Of a stretch of DNA of 64,000 bases, positions 1-12,607 are shown one piece after another. A program made the position numbers and the translations under genes. Source of the DNA: Lingula anatina (taxonomy: Eukaryota > Animalia > Brachiopoda). Positions within the stretch are counted from its first letter, which is position 1. Every line of letters begins with the position of its first letter. The stretch is from assembly GCA_051362555.1 (NCBI GenBank), contig CM120646.1, forward strand, positions 62,001 to 126,000. Reading direction: 5' to 3'. The notes beneath the pieces are model-generated. The model made no database searches and had not been told where the DNA came from. It worked only from the letters and a program-made list of their open reading frames with translations.

Positions 1-416
1 AATAATGGTTTATTTTCTTTTAATTTTGTTTTAAAGATTATTTAAACATATCATCAAATCTTATCCTATTATATTTGGCAGTTTTAAGGTGAATTTCTGA
101 CCAAAATGTTCGAAGAAAAGAATTTATCTCAAATGCCTAAAATGGTGTGTGTTTTATGGACTACTGTGTAGACAGGGTTGATTGCAGGTTTTCATATTCT
201 TACTTACAATGTTAAGCTTAATATCTCCAACGGGTACGGGTAAGCTACTGTATCCGTACCGAAGCAAGTTTTCTTAATCTCTCTTAGCTCACAGGTACGG
301 CCACATGTATAGTTTGCCTGTATATCATCCAAAACCTCGATCATCAGATTGTTAATCATTTCACAGATGATCAAACATATATCGTCTATGTAAATATGTG
401 TTTAATTTCTTCCAAG

Positions 417-3400
417 AGGTGCAGCTGGCCGTCAAGTGTGTCGGTATCTGCGGCTCTGATCTCCATTATTTTGAGGAAGGCCGACTTAACAAGTTTGTCG
501 TGAAGGAACCGTTAATCCTAGGGCACGAGGTTAGCGGAACAGTGAAGGCTGTCGGAGAGGGTGTCACCAATCTCATAGTTGGTAAGGGTTCATTTGTGCA
601 GTTAACAATGACTGGAATTGCTTATTTGTAGTGTTGAGCAGTAACCAAGCTAAAAGATCTGTTTTTGTACATCTTCAAAGTGTATATTTCCTTAATACTA
701 TAGTACAAAGTAGGAGTTGCCATTCAACAGCATATGCACAATGTACCATGTAAGAACATTACAGACCTGTTATACATGTAGCGACCTCATTGGTTATACG
801 TGTACTTTATATAAAGCAGACTCGGGTCAGATGGTCTTAACTAGTGTAAACCTGGCACACAGTGTATGTATGTACATGTATGTATGTATGTATGTATGTA
901 TGTATGTATTCACGTGTGTGATCTTCCAGGTGACCGTGTGGCCGTGGAACCCGGGGTATGTATGTATGTATGTATGTATGTTTGTATGTATGTGTTGATG
1001 ATCTTCCAGGTGACCGGGTGGCCGTGGAACCTGGGGTGCCGTGTAGGAGGTGTGAGTTCTGCATGGAAGGTAAATACAACCTTTGTCCAAACAGGCATTT
1101 CTGCGGAGCGCCCCCTGTCGGCGGGGCAATGAGACCTGTGATATGTCACCCGGCTGAGTTTTGTTACAAGTAAGTAGTATATGTACAAAGTTGCTAACCG
1201 GGTTTTTGTCCAGGCCAGGTGCAATCCTCCACAATTCGTGTCAAGCATAACGAAAATCATTTCATTTCTTATTACTTCAACTTGTTTAAAACCTAACGCA
1301 ACTACATGTATTAGGTCTATGTGCAGTATAAAATACAGGAAATATTGGACTCTGAGACTCAATACGTGTCATTTGTCCGTTGGGTCTTAGAAGAAGCCTG
1401 TATCCGCCATATTGTTGCGTGAAGGTGGGGGGTTTGTGGACCTCTAGTTTGTAATACCAAAATATAAATATACATGTGTAGTGTAAGTCATAGAAAAGGA
1501 AGCACGTGTATCTTACATTTACTATCAGTGTGACTCACATCAAATTTATTTTTCCTGTTAGTTGTATCTTTTCATACACCAGGTTACCGGACCACGTGAC
1601 CTTTGAGGAGGGAATGTTGATGGAGCCCCTCGCTGTAGCTGTCCACGCATGCGCACGGGCAGAGATTAAACCTGGCTCCAGCTTGCTTATCACCGGGGCT
1701 GGTAGGCATTTGTGAAATAAAGCATTGCCACAGTGAAAACTTGTAGATATTTTTATCAGAACAAATCATTTAGTCCCCACATCTCAACTTCCTTCTCGTT
1801 AAAGATTGTCAAATTAAAAGCTGTATAATTATCTTATATATTTGAATGTTTTTTTGTTAAATGTGTTACAGGTCCCATTGGAATTATGGTTCTCATAGCG
1901 GCAAAGGCAATGGGGGCGTCAAATATCTGCGTCACAGGTAATTAGACAGCTCTTATAACGCACACACGCACACACACATTTAATTGTAAACGCACACATA
2001 GGGGCCTACATATTGTTACACACATGTACAGTAGATTCTAGTCGCAACTGATAGTTCAGTGTGGACTCCAAAGATAACTGTATGGTGATACAAAAGTATA
2101 AGTTCAACTCCTCGCCAGCCTGGAGCACGTGCATCCTGTACCCCAGAACATGGTACAACAGATGTGGGGCTTCTGATACTAGTTTTATATCTGTGAGAGT
2201 TTGTATCCCGGAGTTATTCTCGTAATCACAGGAGATTAAATGCTATTCTTTGCGTTCGTTATTGTTTTGATGACATATTGTGCTTTCTTTCTCAGACCTT
2301 GTTCAGAGCCGACTAGACTTCGCCAAAGGCATGGGAGCGTCACACACCGTTCTTGTGAAGGCAGACGACGACATAGAGGTCACTGCGGCCAAGGTGAGCC
2401 ACATCCTGGGCTGTGGTCACGTGCAGGCGGCTGTGGACACGAGTGGAGCGGAGAGCGCCGTACAGTTAGCTATCCTGGTGAGTTGCGAACGCCACGCATC
2501 CGTTGAAGGTTCATGTCAGTGTCAAGTAAACTGTGACAAATTGAAATAACTTCAAACAGTGCAGACAAAAGTCGCAAGCATATACTTTTTTGATATGTTA
2601 CGTAAAAGTGCTAAACGCATAACTGACTTTTCCATGATCCATCTACTCATAAAACCCATGTGCTTGTCTATAAACCTGTTTATATAATTATCGTGTACGT
2701 ACACGACATTTACATACCTGTACACGTGAAACGTCACTTGATAAAGTTGGTCAAACAGACAGACATGTAGATACAATGCAAACAAACATAAAGGCCAACA
2801 AATAAAATACTTCCATCTACATGTATGGACACGAATCTTTAAAAATCACCTAATGACTAAGTTGTTTTTTATCTTTAGGTTACAAAACCTGGGCGTATTG
2901 TTGCCACAGTTGGATTGGGTCCGGCTAATATCGCCATTCCACTTAATCAGGTCACTTTCAAGCAAATAGACTTGAGAGGTTGCCGAACCTACTGCAATAA
3001 GTAAGTGTATGACCAGTCAGTTCTTTATACCTCCATCAACAAAATAGACTTGAGAGGATGTTGTACCTACTGTAATAAGTAAGTGTGTGACCAGTCAGTT
3101 CTTTATACCTCCACCAACAAAATAGACTTGAGAGGATGTTGTACCTACTGTAATAAGTAAGTGTGTGACCAGTCAGTTCTTTATACCTCCACCAACAAAA
3201 TAGACTTGAGAGGATGTTGTACCTACTGTAATAAGTAAGTGTGTGGCCAGTCAGTTCTTTATACCTCCATCAACAAAATAGACTTGAGAGGATGTTGTAC
3301 CTACTGCAATAAGTAAGTGTGTGACCAGTCAGTTCTTTAAACCTCCATCAACAAAATAGACTTGAGAGGATGTTGTACCTACTGTAATAAGTAAGTGTGT

Positions 3401-3885
3401 GGCCAGTCAGTTCTTTATACCTCCATCAACAAAATAGACTTGAGAGGATGCCGTACCTACTGCAATAAGTAAGTGTGTGGCATGTCAGTTCTTTATACCT
3501 CCATCAACCACTGTTTATGCTGACCCAGTGTAGTACAAACACGTTCGTGTAGCTAACCCGGGGTAAAGGCTTATATGTACTTTTTGACACCAGTGCCGCG
3601 TATAGTCGGGGTATTCAGTTTTTTTAATCTTTTAAGACACCAAACATGTCCTCCAGATGGTGTGTATAACATTCACAATGGTGTGCTTTACCTTCCAGCC
3701 AGCATGAAGTACTGAACCTAGTAGCTTCCGGCCAGGTGGACATTAAGCCGTTGGTCAGCCACAGATTTCCGCTGGACCAAGCTCTGGAAGCGTTTGACGT
3801 GGCCAGAGGGCGCCAGGGCATGAAATGCGTCCTCCAGTGTTCTGAGCCTGAATTAAATGGGACGGTTCTTCAGAATGGACACTAA
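417..3885 (+). CDS. SORD: Sorbitol dehydrogenase-like zinc-binding (MDR family) gene; 5' exons lie upstream of the window
   Basis: Exons 417-581, 1010-1169, 1583-1701, 1872-1937, 2296-2477, 2879-3000, 3699-3885 (TAA), all AG/GT bounded and in frame. Motifs: GICGSDLHY, LGHEVSG, GDRVAVEPGVPCRRCEFCMEGKYNLC, LMEPLAVAVHAC, GAGPIG, SHRFPL. Orthology to SORD versus a paralogue is not established. Confidence 0.9.
864..996. repeat. (TATG)n microsatellite interrupted by a duplicated splice acceptor
   Basis: tatg runs at 864-909 and 957-991 flank a copy of atcttccag|gtgaccgtgtggccgtggaacccgggg. Confidence 0.85.
2963..3508 (+). repeat. 78-bp tandem array spanning a SORD-like exon donor (7 copies)
   Basis: GTAAGT donors at 3001, 3079, 3157, 3235, 3313, 3391, 3469, each preceded by ~38 bp of exon end. 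Confidence 0.95.
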
Positions 3886-5069
3886 GTGACCCTCTACAAT
3901 ACTCGATGTTTAGTGTGGAAAGTGATTGCAAAATCAGCAACGTCTGTACTTCAAGGATCCTTCATTTTAAAGACAGGGTGACCAATATGGCTTCCCGGTT
4001 TTCATGATAATATAAGTGGCCAAAACTGTTAATCGTTTTAATATGCTTTTATTCATAGAATTTTGTACAGTTTAATACTGGAAATTGATCTAAATTCCGA
4101 TCTAATACTGTGATATTGCTGCCAGGGGTTACATGACATTTGAACAAGTCTCCAGCACTTAGAATGATGACCTGCGGCTGATTGGGCTTAACTTACATAT
4201 ATCATGTTAACATAGAGATACGCCTGGTGATTCATCAAGTGAATTGTACATATTTTATGTTAAACTAAAAATTTTATTTTAATCACAATGAATGAATCTA
4301 GAAATAGCCGTAACGGGGTAGGAAAAGCGGGTTGTGGCGAGAGAAAAGTTACGCTCAAAAAATAAACAGTCGTGAAAATAACCAGTAGCAAAAAATCAAA
4401 ATTATACTTTTTAACTTATAACGTCTATTATTATATATATTTTTGTTTTAACCTTCAAATCGTTATTTTAGTGTCCGTTTTGAAATAAATTTTCAACGAA
4501 GTTTCCTAGCTCATACCTGTAATGATGTTTTACTGTCTTAACTTCAGCACCTTTTCCTTGCGGTCAAACTCTTCACGCGCAACAAGATCTTCTTCATACG
4601 AGAGCCTAAGCCTGTACTAAGCGACCACATCACGTCCTTACATTGACTGCACTGGAAAGGCCATCAGTACGTTCAAGTACGTTAGCCATTGCAATTGTGG
4701 GCTTTTTCAATTGCGATATTTCACAACTAGCACACTGCTGTCAAAAGGCAATTCGGTGGAATCTCTAAGAAAGTCATGGTTTCTGGCTGTTATTATTGAC
4801 GTCAAAGATTCCGTACTCGCGATGTATTTAGAGACAGATTCTGCTTTGTAAAACCTCAGCAATAATTTTTTCTACGAATTCTTCAATTCAATTCAAGACT
4901 TTTTGAATTTTTTTTGTCATTTTCTGGTACATTAATGTGGCTTTTTACATATCTTGCAGAAGTATTTTTAGCAATAACTGCCAACTTTGGCTAGACTAGT
5001 GCATTTTATTTTCACCACAAACAACAGTAAGCTCATGGAAAAAACCAGACTACAGAGAAAAGGCGTCGT

Positions 5070-5198
5070 GTCCCATGGCGGTGGGCTCCTTAATACCCTC
5101 TCGTCAGTGCTCCCTGTGCCCGGACGGCTGCCATAACACGTGTCAGGACAAGATAAGGTTCTGTGGTGGACTGTCACCCTGCGAACTCTTGCCACAAG

Positions 5199-5234
<36 letters not shown>

Positions 5235-6050
5235 CTGTGTGTGTTATGTGTGTGTGTGTGTGTGTGTGTGTTATGTGTGTGTGTGTGTGTGTTGTGTGTG
5301 TGTTATGTGTGTGTGTGTGTGTTGTGTGTGTGTTATGTGTGTGTGTGTGTGTTATGTGTGTGTGTGTGTGTGTTATGTGTGTGTGTGAGCGCGCACCTGT
5401 CTTTCAGTCTGTCTGTGTATCTGTACCAACAATCTGTGATTGTTTGTGTATTGTAAGGTAGAGTCGTATTCTGTTGCCAGAGAAGTAAGTGTTCCCTCAG
5501 TTATGTTGGTATATGTATTAGGCTGCCGGACCACGTCACCCTGGAAGAAGACACGCTTTTGGAGCCTCTGGCTGTAGCTGTCTACGGTTGCTCGTGTGCA
5601 GGCACTCGGCCTGGAAACAGCGTGTGATAACAGGAGCCGGTAAGTGCTCACTGTGTGTGCGCGCGCTCGTGTGTGCGTGTGTGTACATGTGTGTGCCAGA
5701 TCTTTTTTTGTAAAGAAAAACTTTAATTAAAGAAAAACACCATATAACAAGTACTTATATGTGTTAATGTTACCGGTATGTGGATGATATTGGTCAGACA
5801 AATATGACCGACGAAAAAGTGGCGTACAAGTAGCTTTCCTTTTGGAAGAAGGCCAACATACATACAGACATTGTGATCACCACGATCAAAATCATTTAAT
5901 TTTCCTAATTCTCACCCATCGTTTTATTTACCCTGATGTGCGTCAGGATCCACAGATTTCGCAGAACGTTGGAGTGACCCTCGCAGTTTTAGTGGACCCG
6001 GGAGAGGACATTGGCTGGGTTACCAATCGAGTGAAAGACTTGTTTGGACA
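5070..6050 (+). pseudogene. Degenerate tandem SORD-like paralogue (three exon remnants)
   Basis: 5075-5197 MAVGSLIPSRQCSLCPDGCHNTC..RFCGG/CHPANSCHK carries a deletion and frameshift relative to exon 1010-1169. 5522-5639 LPDHVTLEEDTLLEPLAVAVYGC...frameshift/stop...ITGA|gtaagt matches exon 1583-1701. ~5955-6050 QNVGVTLAVLVDPGEDIGWVTNRVKDLFG matches exon 2296-2477. Confidence 0.8.
5203..5387. repeat. (CT)n/(GT)n compound microsatellite
   Basis: Seen directly. Confidence 0.9.
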
Positions 6051-8043
6051 TTACAGCAAGTTCAATTATCATTTTTCGCGAATAATGAAACTAAACCCTG
6101 CGATACTTCTTTAAATTATGCTTTTTGAAAACTTCATTGTATATGATGGCATTTGTCGGGTGTAGTGCCAAAAACTTGACATGTCCACTCACTTTGAATG
6201 TGTCATTGAGGATTACTTGCTTAACGCAGTTTGGTCAGGTAAATCTTACTAGGCTAACTAGTTAACTCAACGGCTGACGTCAGACATTTTAATGAACAGG
6301 CCCAATAATGAAATGGCAAACGCATTTATTTCAAGTTCGTCAGAGATAAAGTATCACTTTATTTAAAGTCTTGGTATCAGAACATTCAAAGTTATAAACT
6401 CTTTGGAAAGTGATAATCCTGTTTTAAGATGTTTTCGTCTTAAAGCCTGCACGTTGATCCACAGAGTGTAAAGTAACGTGAGTGTCGTGTGAGAGACAGT
6501 GGCGGCTTTCACGTCTTCTTTGGCAGGATTTGTTCAAGTTGAGATTTCCGATAATTGCATGCACGACATGAATACTCCACCCATTACCAAGCGTAAATCT
6601 CTCTTATATTGACTGAACATATCACGGTTCTTGTGGCTGTTTATGCCAAAAAGGCATTTTGCCTGTTCGAGAGAAGTCTGTTCATAACAGATTTTAGTGG
6701 TGTGCCGTAATTGGTTCGTACCGGCAAACATCACTTTGTGCCTCTATGTAGCGGTGGTCTTTTTTTTTTTCTTAGGATACTGTGTATGCAGTTCCGCTGC
6801 TATCCTCTGTTGATCGAGAATCCACCCCTCTTAGGTTCTGGAACAAACAAAAATGGCACTTTACTTACCATTTAACCACTCTTCTGGGCCACCTGCCTAC
6901 CTGATGACTTGTGTCTCTGGGGCCGCTTGCACCAACTGGACATTAAAATGGCGGCGTGAAATTCTTCTTTTGAAGCAATTTCACCCCGCTGGTGCAGGCG
7001 AGCCCTAGTGAAGACCAAAACCGTGTGGATGGCTTTCTTGGCGTTACAGGTTAGTACAAAGAATACCCCCCACTAAGCTAATATGTTGCTATCACCATCA
7101 AATCATCATCAAATCTGCTGCTAAAATTTTGATCCTAATTCGGCCAACTGTATCCTGATGTACTATAACGTATGGAAAAAGAGAAATATATTAATGTTAC
7201 AGAAAATTTTGAATTCAAACAGTGTTTTATATTTCACAACACACATCCTGTACGATCTTCATTATTGTAAAGTCGAAAGCTTTTAAGTCTTAAATGTCTC
7301 TGGTGTACGTAATCTTATTTTATTTACTTCCTCAACTTAAGTGAAGTCTTCTTCCTGTATCTGCTGATTGTGAGGACTGTAGACTAATTCACTTGTAGTT
7401 TGATATAGCCAACAAATGCAATAAACCTGCTGCTTTGTGCCAATTCTTACATGCGACCAAAGACCAAAAATGTCCAAAAACCAGGCCACTCCGCCTTGCA
7501 TTTCCACAGTAACTAAGTGTTTTTTTTAAATATATTTCATCAAAAATGATTTGCGGTTGAATGCGTTACCTGGACCTTTCTGTAGCAAATTGTTTGTTTA
7601 TAGATATATAGATGATAAACTTTAGTAACGGTTTCAAAGCGATAAGTTGTCACGTCAGGTACGTGGGCATCCAGTGACATCATTGCTCTCACCTTAAATG
7701 CACTTTACGAAGGCGGCTAACAAGTACATGTAGGATTCCAGGCCAAATTCAAAACACAGCAAATAACCTTAATTGCCGCAACATAGCGCAGCTCTTTTTT
7801 CTCTGATTGTCGCGTGGAAAAACGTTCAGAATTTGATATGCATATTTTCAAACTTTTTTTATGAACAAAGACGAGTTGCGTGATAACAAGAACAGTTTTT
7901 ATTTTCAAAGATCTAAATATCGTGCTTCGGTTCTTGTACACGTCGTCTGGTTGCCCCTCCCTTTGTACTTTACTGTGGTCTCCCACGTACTATGATACTG
8001 AACAGTGCAGACAGAACAAAATCAGTTATAGTACATCAACTTC

Positions 8044-8237
8044 GATTTACCTACCAAATTCAGCAGGGCCAAAAGACTCTAGATTTACCTACCGAATTCA
8101 GCAGGGCCAAAAGACTCTAGATTTACCTACCAAATTCAGCAGGGCCAGAAGACTCTAGATTTACCTACCAAATTCAGCAGGGCCAGAAGACTCTAGATTT
8201 ACCTACCAAATTCAGCAGGGCCAGAAGACTCTAGATT
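8044..8237. repeat. 38-bp minisatellite, 5 copies
   Basis: Unit gatttacctaccaaattcagcagggccaRaagactcta. Confidence 0.9.
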
Positions 8238-9252
8238 AATTTTAATGTCGAGGAATCAAAAGGAAATCTTTTCAGACACGAGAGTAAAGTGCTTCTTAAA
8301 CAAACAAGACTGGGTTCCCATGCCTAGATTGATCCATCTGGATCGGTCTAACGCCCTGGGGAGTCTCACCAAATTGCTAGCAACTAACCGGCTTAAATGT
8401 CTGTCACGCCTACCGAATCAGCTAGGGTGTAGATATAATTATCCACAGCCATTCCAGTCCGCCATGACCATATTTGACACTGCTCTGTGAATATTTTACT
8501 TGTAATCCATATATAAGAATAGGTAGTGCGTCTGGCTTTTAGAAAGCATGAACCTTAAAATAAATTGCAAACCCTACATAATCATTCCCCCCTTCAATTA
8601 ACCAGGGATTTATTGCTTTGCACATGGCGGACGGTCGGTCTGTAACCAGATCCTGTACCGCCAGTCTATAGAGAAGGTTTGGTCTACTGTCCTCGTACTT
8701 TGTGGATAGGTTTTTTTATCACATCAAATGGTCCCTTTTGAGTTTGACGTCAGTAGATCAAAAGCCAAGGTTCACATTGAATTTCGACTTAAATCTTGTC
8801 CTACTAGTAAATAGAAAACGATGTGGTTGGATGCAACAGATAGAATCCGAAAGCAAGTTAAAGGTAGCCTTATCTACGAAATTTTCCCCGAAAAAAAGCA
8901 ATTTGCTCTTACTCACCTCTGTAATTGTACATGAGTGCAGGACAAACACACGTTTGCCAAATGTGACATGATTTTTATTTCTTTTTTTTTTAATTTTTAT
9001 ATACGATAATATACAAACTGCTGTATATATACTGATAATATACAAACTGTAAATAATTAAATAAAATTAAAAGCTTCTGAAATTTAATAACTGTAATTCT
9101 AAATCGGTTAAAACAACTGATGCACCTCGTACCAGTAGGTAGTTTAGGTTTTTAAAAATACCCACTGACGGCCATCTTGCACCCGAAGTGTTTTTGTCTA
9201 ATGTTCTAACACTACAGGCTGCCTCGGAGATAATTACTTCCCAATCTTGATC

Positions 9253-9492
9253 AATGTTCACCATATATTGAACATATCTCAGCTAGTATAAAAAGACCAA
9301 GCTTACCCTCATTCTCAATGTTCACCATATATTGAACATATCTCAGCAAGTATAAAAAGACCAAGCTTACCCTCATTCTCTCCTCTGACCAGCCCAAAGA
9401 TAAATACCATATATTGAACATATCTCAGCTAGTATAAAAAGACCAAGCTTACCCTCATTCTCTCCTCTGACCAGCCCCAAGATAAATACCAT
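9253..9492. repeat. Tandem repeat, 3 copies (about 63-85 bp)
   Basis: Core ccatatattgaacatatctcagctagtataaaaagaccaagcttaccctcattctc repeated three times. Confidence 0.85.
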
Positions 9493-9614
9493 GTTTCTGC
9501 TCTTCCTGAGGAATGGGACTCTCATAGTTTTGACGAATAAATCGGAAAGATCTTCGCTGCTTCGGTCAAGTCCATCACTCAGGAGGTCCTCCGGGTAATC
9601 CTAGGACGGCAAAA

Positions 9615-9616
<2 letters not shown>

Positions 9617-9696
<80 letters not shown>
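9617..9696. repeat. (AT)n microsatellite
   Basis: Seen directly, about 40 units. Confidence 0.95.
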
Positions 9697-9702
<6 letters not shown>

Positions 9703-12278
9703 ACTGTGACACATCAGAGAGTTCTGGGTATTGAGATTTCCAGAGAGCAGTCAGAACTATTTATATATGACTTATTTTATCTCTTTTGGTATCATTTCAG
9801 ACTAATGTCCCCCAGCGCGTTACTCAAAGCTGTGGCGGATACTAGAACCGGCTTAGTACGGTTCTCGTGGCTGGCTGCCAGTATTCTCAGTGTAATCGTA
9901 AACGAGAAGAAAGGCAGCATTCTACGGTGATCTTTTTATTGTAAAATTGGGTTTGAAAACCGCTTTAAGCTGCAGCTGTCTTTACCGCGTAGCTGCACAG
10001 TATAAAAATTGAAAACCTAGGGGAATATTTACCACAAAAATCGTCATTCTGATATGTTTCTAAACCCCACTGCAAGAATCCACCTTCCGAGTTGCTAGGT
10101 TTTATTTGTTTTCCTTTTTCAATAGATGATATTGCATCATACGTACATATAAGATATTACTATAAATATACAGAGGGTTAAGAACAGCAGTAGATAGGGG
10201 ATAAAGGAGTGTTTTCTTAACTTGAAGCAGGTTGTGTATTCCGTGTTGTCTATTGTACAAATTTACTTTAATAACTTACAACTAGAAAGCAAATTTGGAG
10301 ACTACAAGGACAACAAACAGCAAACATTTTTGCATAAATATTTACCAGTTAACGTTTGTAAATAATAACACATCCAAAGAAACCGACCGGATTCAATAAC
10401 GTCTAATAAGCAATATAGATGACGAAAGAGTTTTATAATTCTGGGAAAATTTCAATTTTTTCCATCACAGCATCAAGCACGGTCTGCGTAAAAGAGGTTT
10501 CTCTCTTATGTGAAAACAAAATGATTCATTTATTAATGTATAACAATACCACAGACAAACATGTTTAAATTTGCAGATGGACATTTTAATATACATGTAG
10601 ATTACCATAATTTAATTTATAGTCCTCTTAATTTACATTTATAGGTTGAACATTGCCAAAATACACGCAAGTGGCAAACAAGTACCAATACCTGACATAA
10701 AAATAATTCAATCAAAGTGATTTCTAAAAGAATTTACCTAGTAAACGTATAAGGTAATACTGAAAATTTGCAATGGAACAAAAATACAGTATGACAATTA
10801 TTGGACGAACGTCGCCAAAATGCACAAAAAAAATGAATAACTTTTGTAAAAACTAATCTGACCATGTTGATTTTCACAAGGAACTTTTATAATCAAACTA
10901 AGCTAATGAGTAATTTTACATTAAAACAAAAATATGGTTTGTCAGTCATAGAGACTGGTCTCTCGGAGGACGAAAACAACGGCAACAGGCGTCTGAAACG
11001 TAGAAGTTAAATTTAAATCCCAGATAGACCCGTACAAGGATATATAATACACCGTACACACAGACATCTGAAGTATTAATACACGTAAATATACAACACA
11101 GACTGGAGAAAATACCCCAGCGTGCAAACTGTTCCTCACGTACCTGATTCTCCGTCTCATAGTCTTCCTGTCCACTAACCTCCACATATCCTGGTATAAC
11201 TGCTGAGAGAGCTGCATGGACCACCAGCACCATACAGATACAGATTAGGGTTGGACTGCGGCAAATATTCCCTCCCATATCGCGAAGGTGCCCCACTCTG
11301 TCTTACCGTCGTAAGTACAAAGATTTTTTGACTATTCTCCTTCTTATGTAGAACGCCGTCTTCGGAGATAATGTTACAGTAAAATGTGATATTTTCCAAA
11401 CAATCTAATTTTGGAATGTGAGAGTCGGGTGACGGCACGGCTAAGTAACCACACAATAGGCTTGAACTTATTAAAAAAATGTAGCAGTTGTCGTCTGCGC
11501 CATCTCTATGGATCATTGTCGCTGTAGCAGAAAAGGGGCAAGCGCCTTCCCACTCAACAGCAATGTTCAGTTTTACAGTATAGTAAATACATAAAGTATG
11601 TTTGCGTGACAGCCAGTTGACTCGTAGAAAACAGAATTGTTGTAAAAAAACAGTGAAAAGACCAGATCATGTATCTGCAATACAAAGCAGGGGATTAAGT
11701 ATCTAACCACACTCTACTGCCAGTTAGCTGCCTCGTATCACGCACTGGTTCCTCTCACGTCTCTGACTGCGGCTATGAAGTTCCCGCCAGGAGGTGCTGT
11801 AGGCAGGAGATCATTAACTTGTCACCTTACTGTACTCTCAGGGTGACAGTCCACGTGGTTAGGCCTATCCACATTTACTACTAGTAGGTCTATAGGCCCT
11901 ACCACAGTTCGATGGCTGTGCTTGTTGTGCTAATGACAAACTAGTTCTGCTATGAAGAATGAATTGTCTTCTTTTGCAGAAAAATTTGTCAACGTGATTT
12001 AAAATAGATGAGTGTGAATACTCTGTCTTTAGTCAATTAACATGCTGCTAATGGTCTCACCGTGACCAGTTTGAGGAAGGCTACAGACAATGAGCTGAAG
12101 AGGTTCACCAACTAGCGGTGTGGCTCATTACCAGTGCTAAGCCATTCAGGTACCTGTTTCAAAAATATATGGTCACTTTTCTGGCTAAAATCTTTGTTAA
12201 GAACGGTATACTACGCTGTGTTTCACAAATAACCTGAAGTCACTCCTTACCAGATAGTCGACTAATCTAAGCCTCCTT

Positions 12279-12607
12279 GTGGAGCTGTCTAAGATCGCAT
12301 TCACAACGAGTTGAGCCAGGCTTTACAAATCCTGGAACTAAATATGGCGGACGTACATGAAAGAAAAACCGCCTAATCTTTTATTAGTCTCTCCGCCTCT
12401 CACACGCCTCCCCACGTGTTGTCCCAATGGAGCCGAAATTTAATGACTGTACCCCCGCAGGGACGACGCATGGGGAGGCGTATGAGAGGCGGAGAGACTA
12501 TTAAAAGATTTGGCGGTTTTTCTTTCATGTACGTCCGCCATATTTAGTTCCAGGATTTGTAAAGCCATGGCTCAACTCGTTGTGAATGCGATCTTAGACA
12601 GCTCCAC
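12279..12607. mobile_element. Foldback/MITE-like long palindrome
   Basis: Arm 12279-12425 (gtggagctgtctaagatcgc...) is the near-perfect reverse complement of 12460-12607 (...gcgatcttagacagctccac), with a 34-bp spacer. No clear TSD. Confidence 0.75.

Noticed and set aside
717-1362. ORFs rich in YVCM/HTYI (also CV-rich 5075-5461, poly-Y/N 13365-13644, poly-V 34857-35102, 60938-61385)
   Set aside because: Translations of microsatellites or minisatellites.
6480-6800. Possible Harbinger-type transposase remnant on the minus strand (..NAF/CLFGI..)
   Set aside because: Only a few residues resemble the motif and several frameshifts are needed; not supportable without a search.
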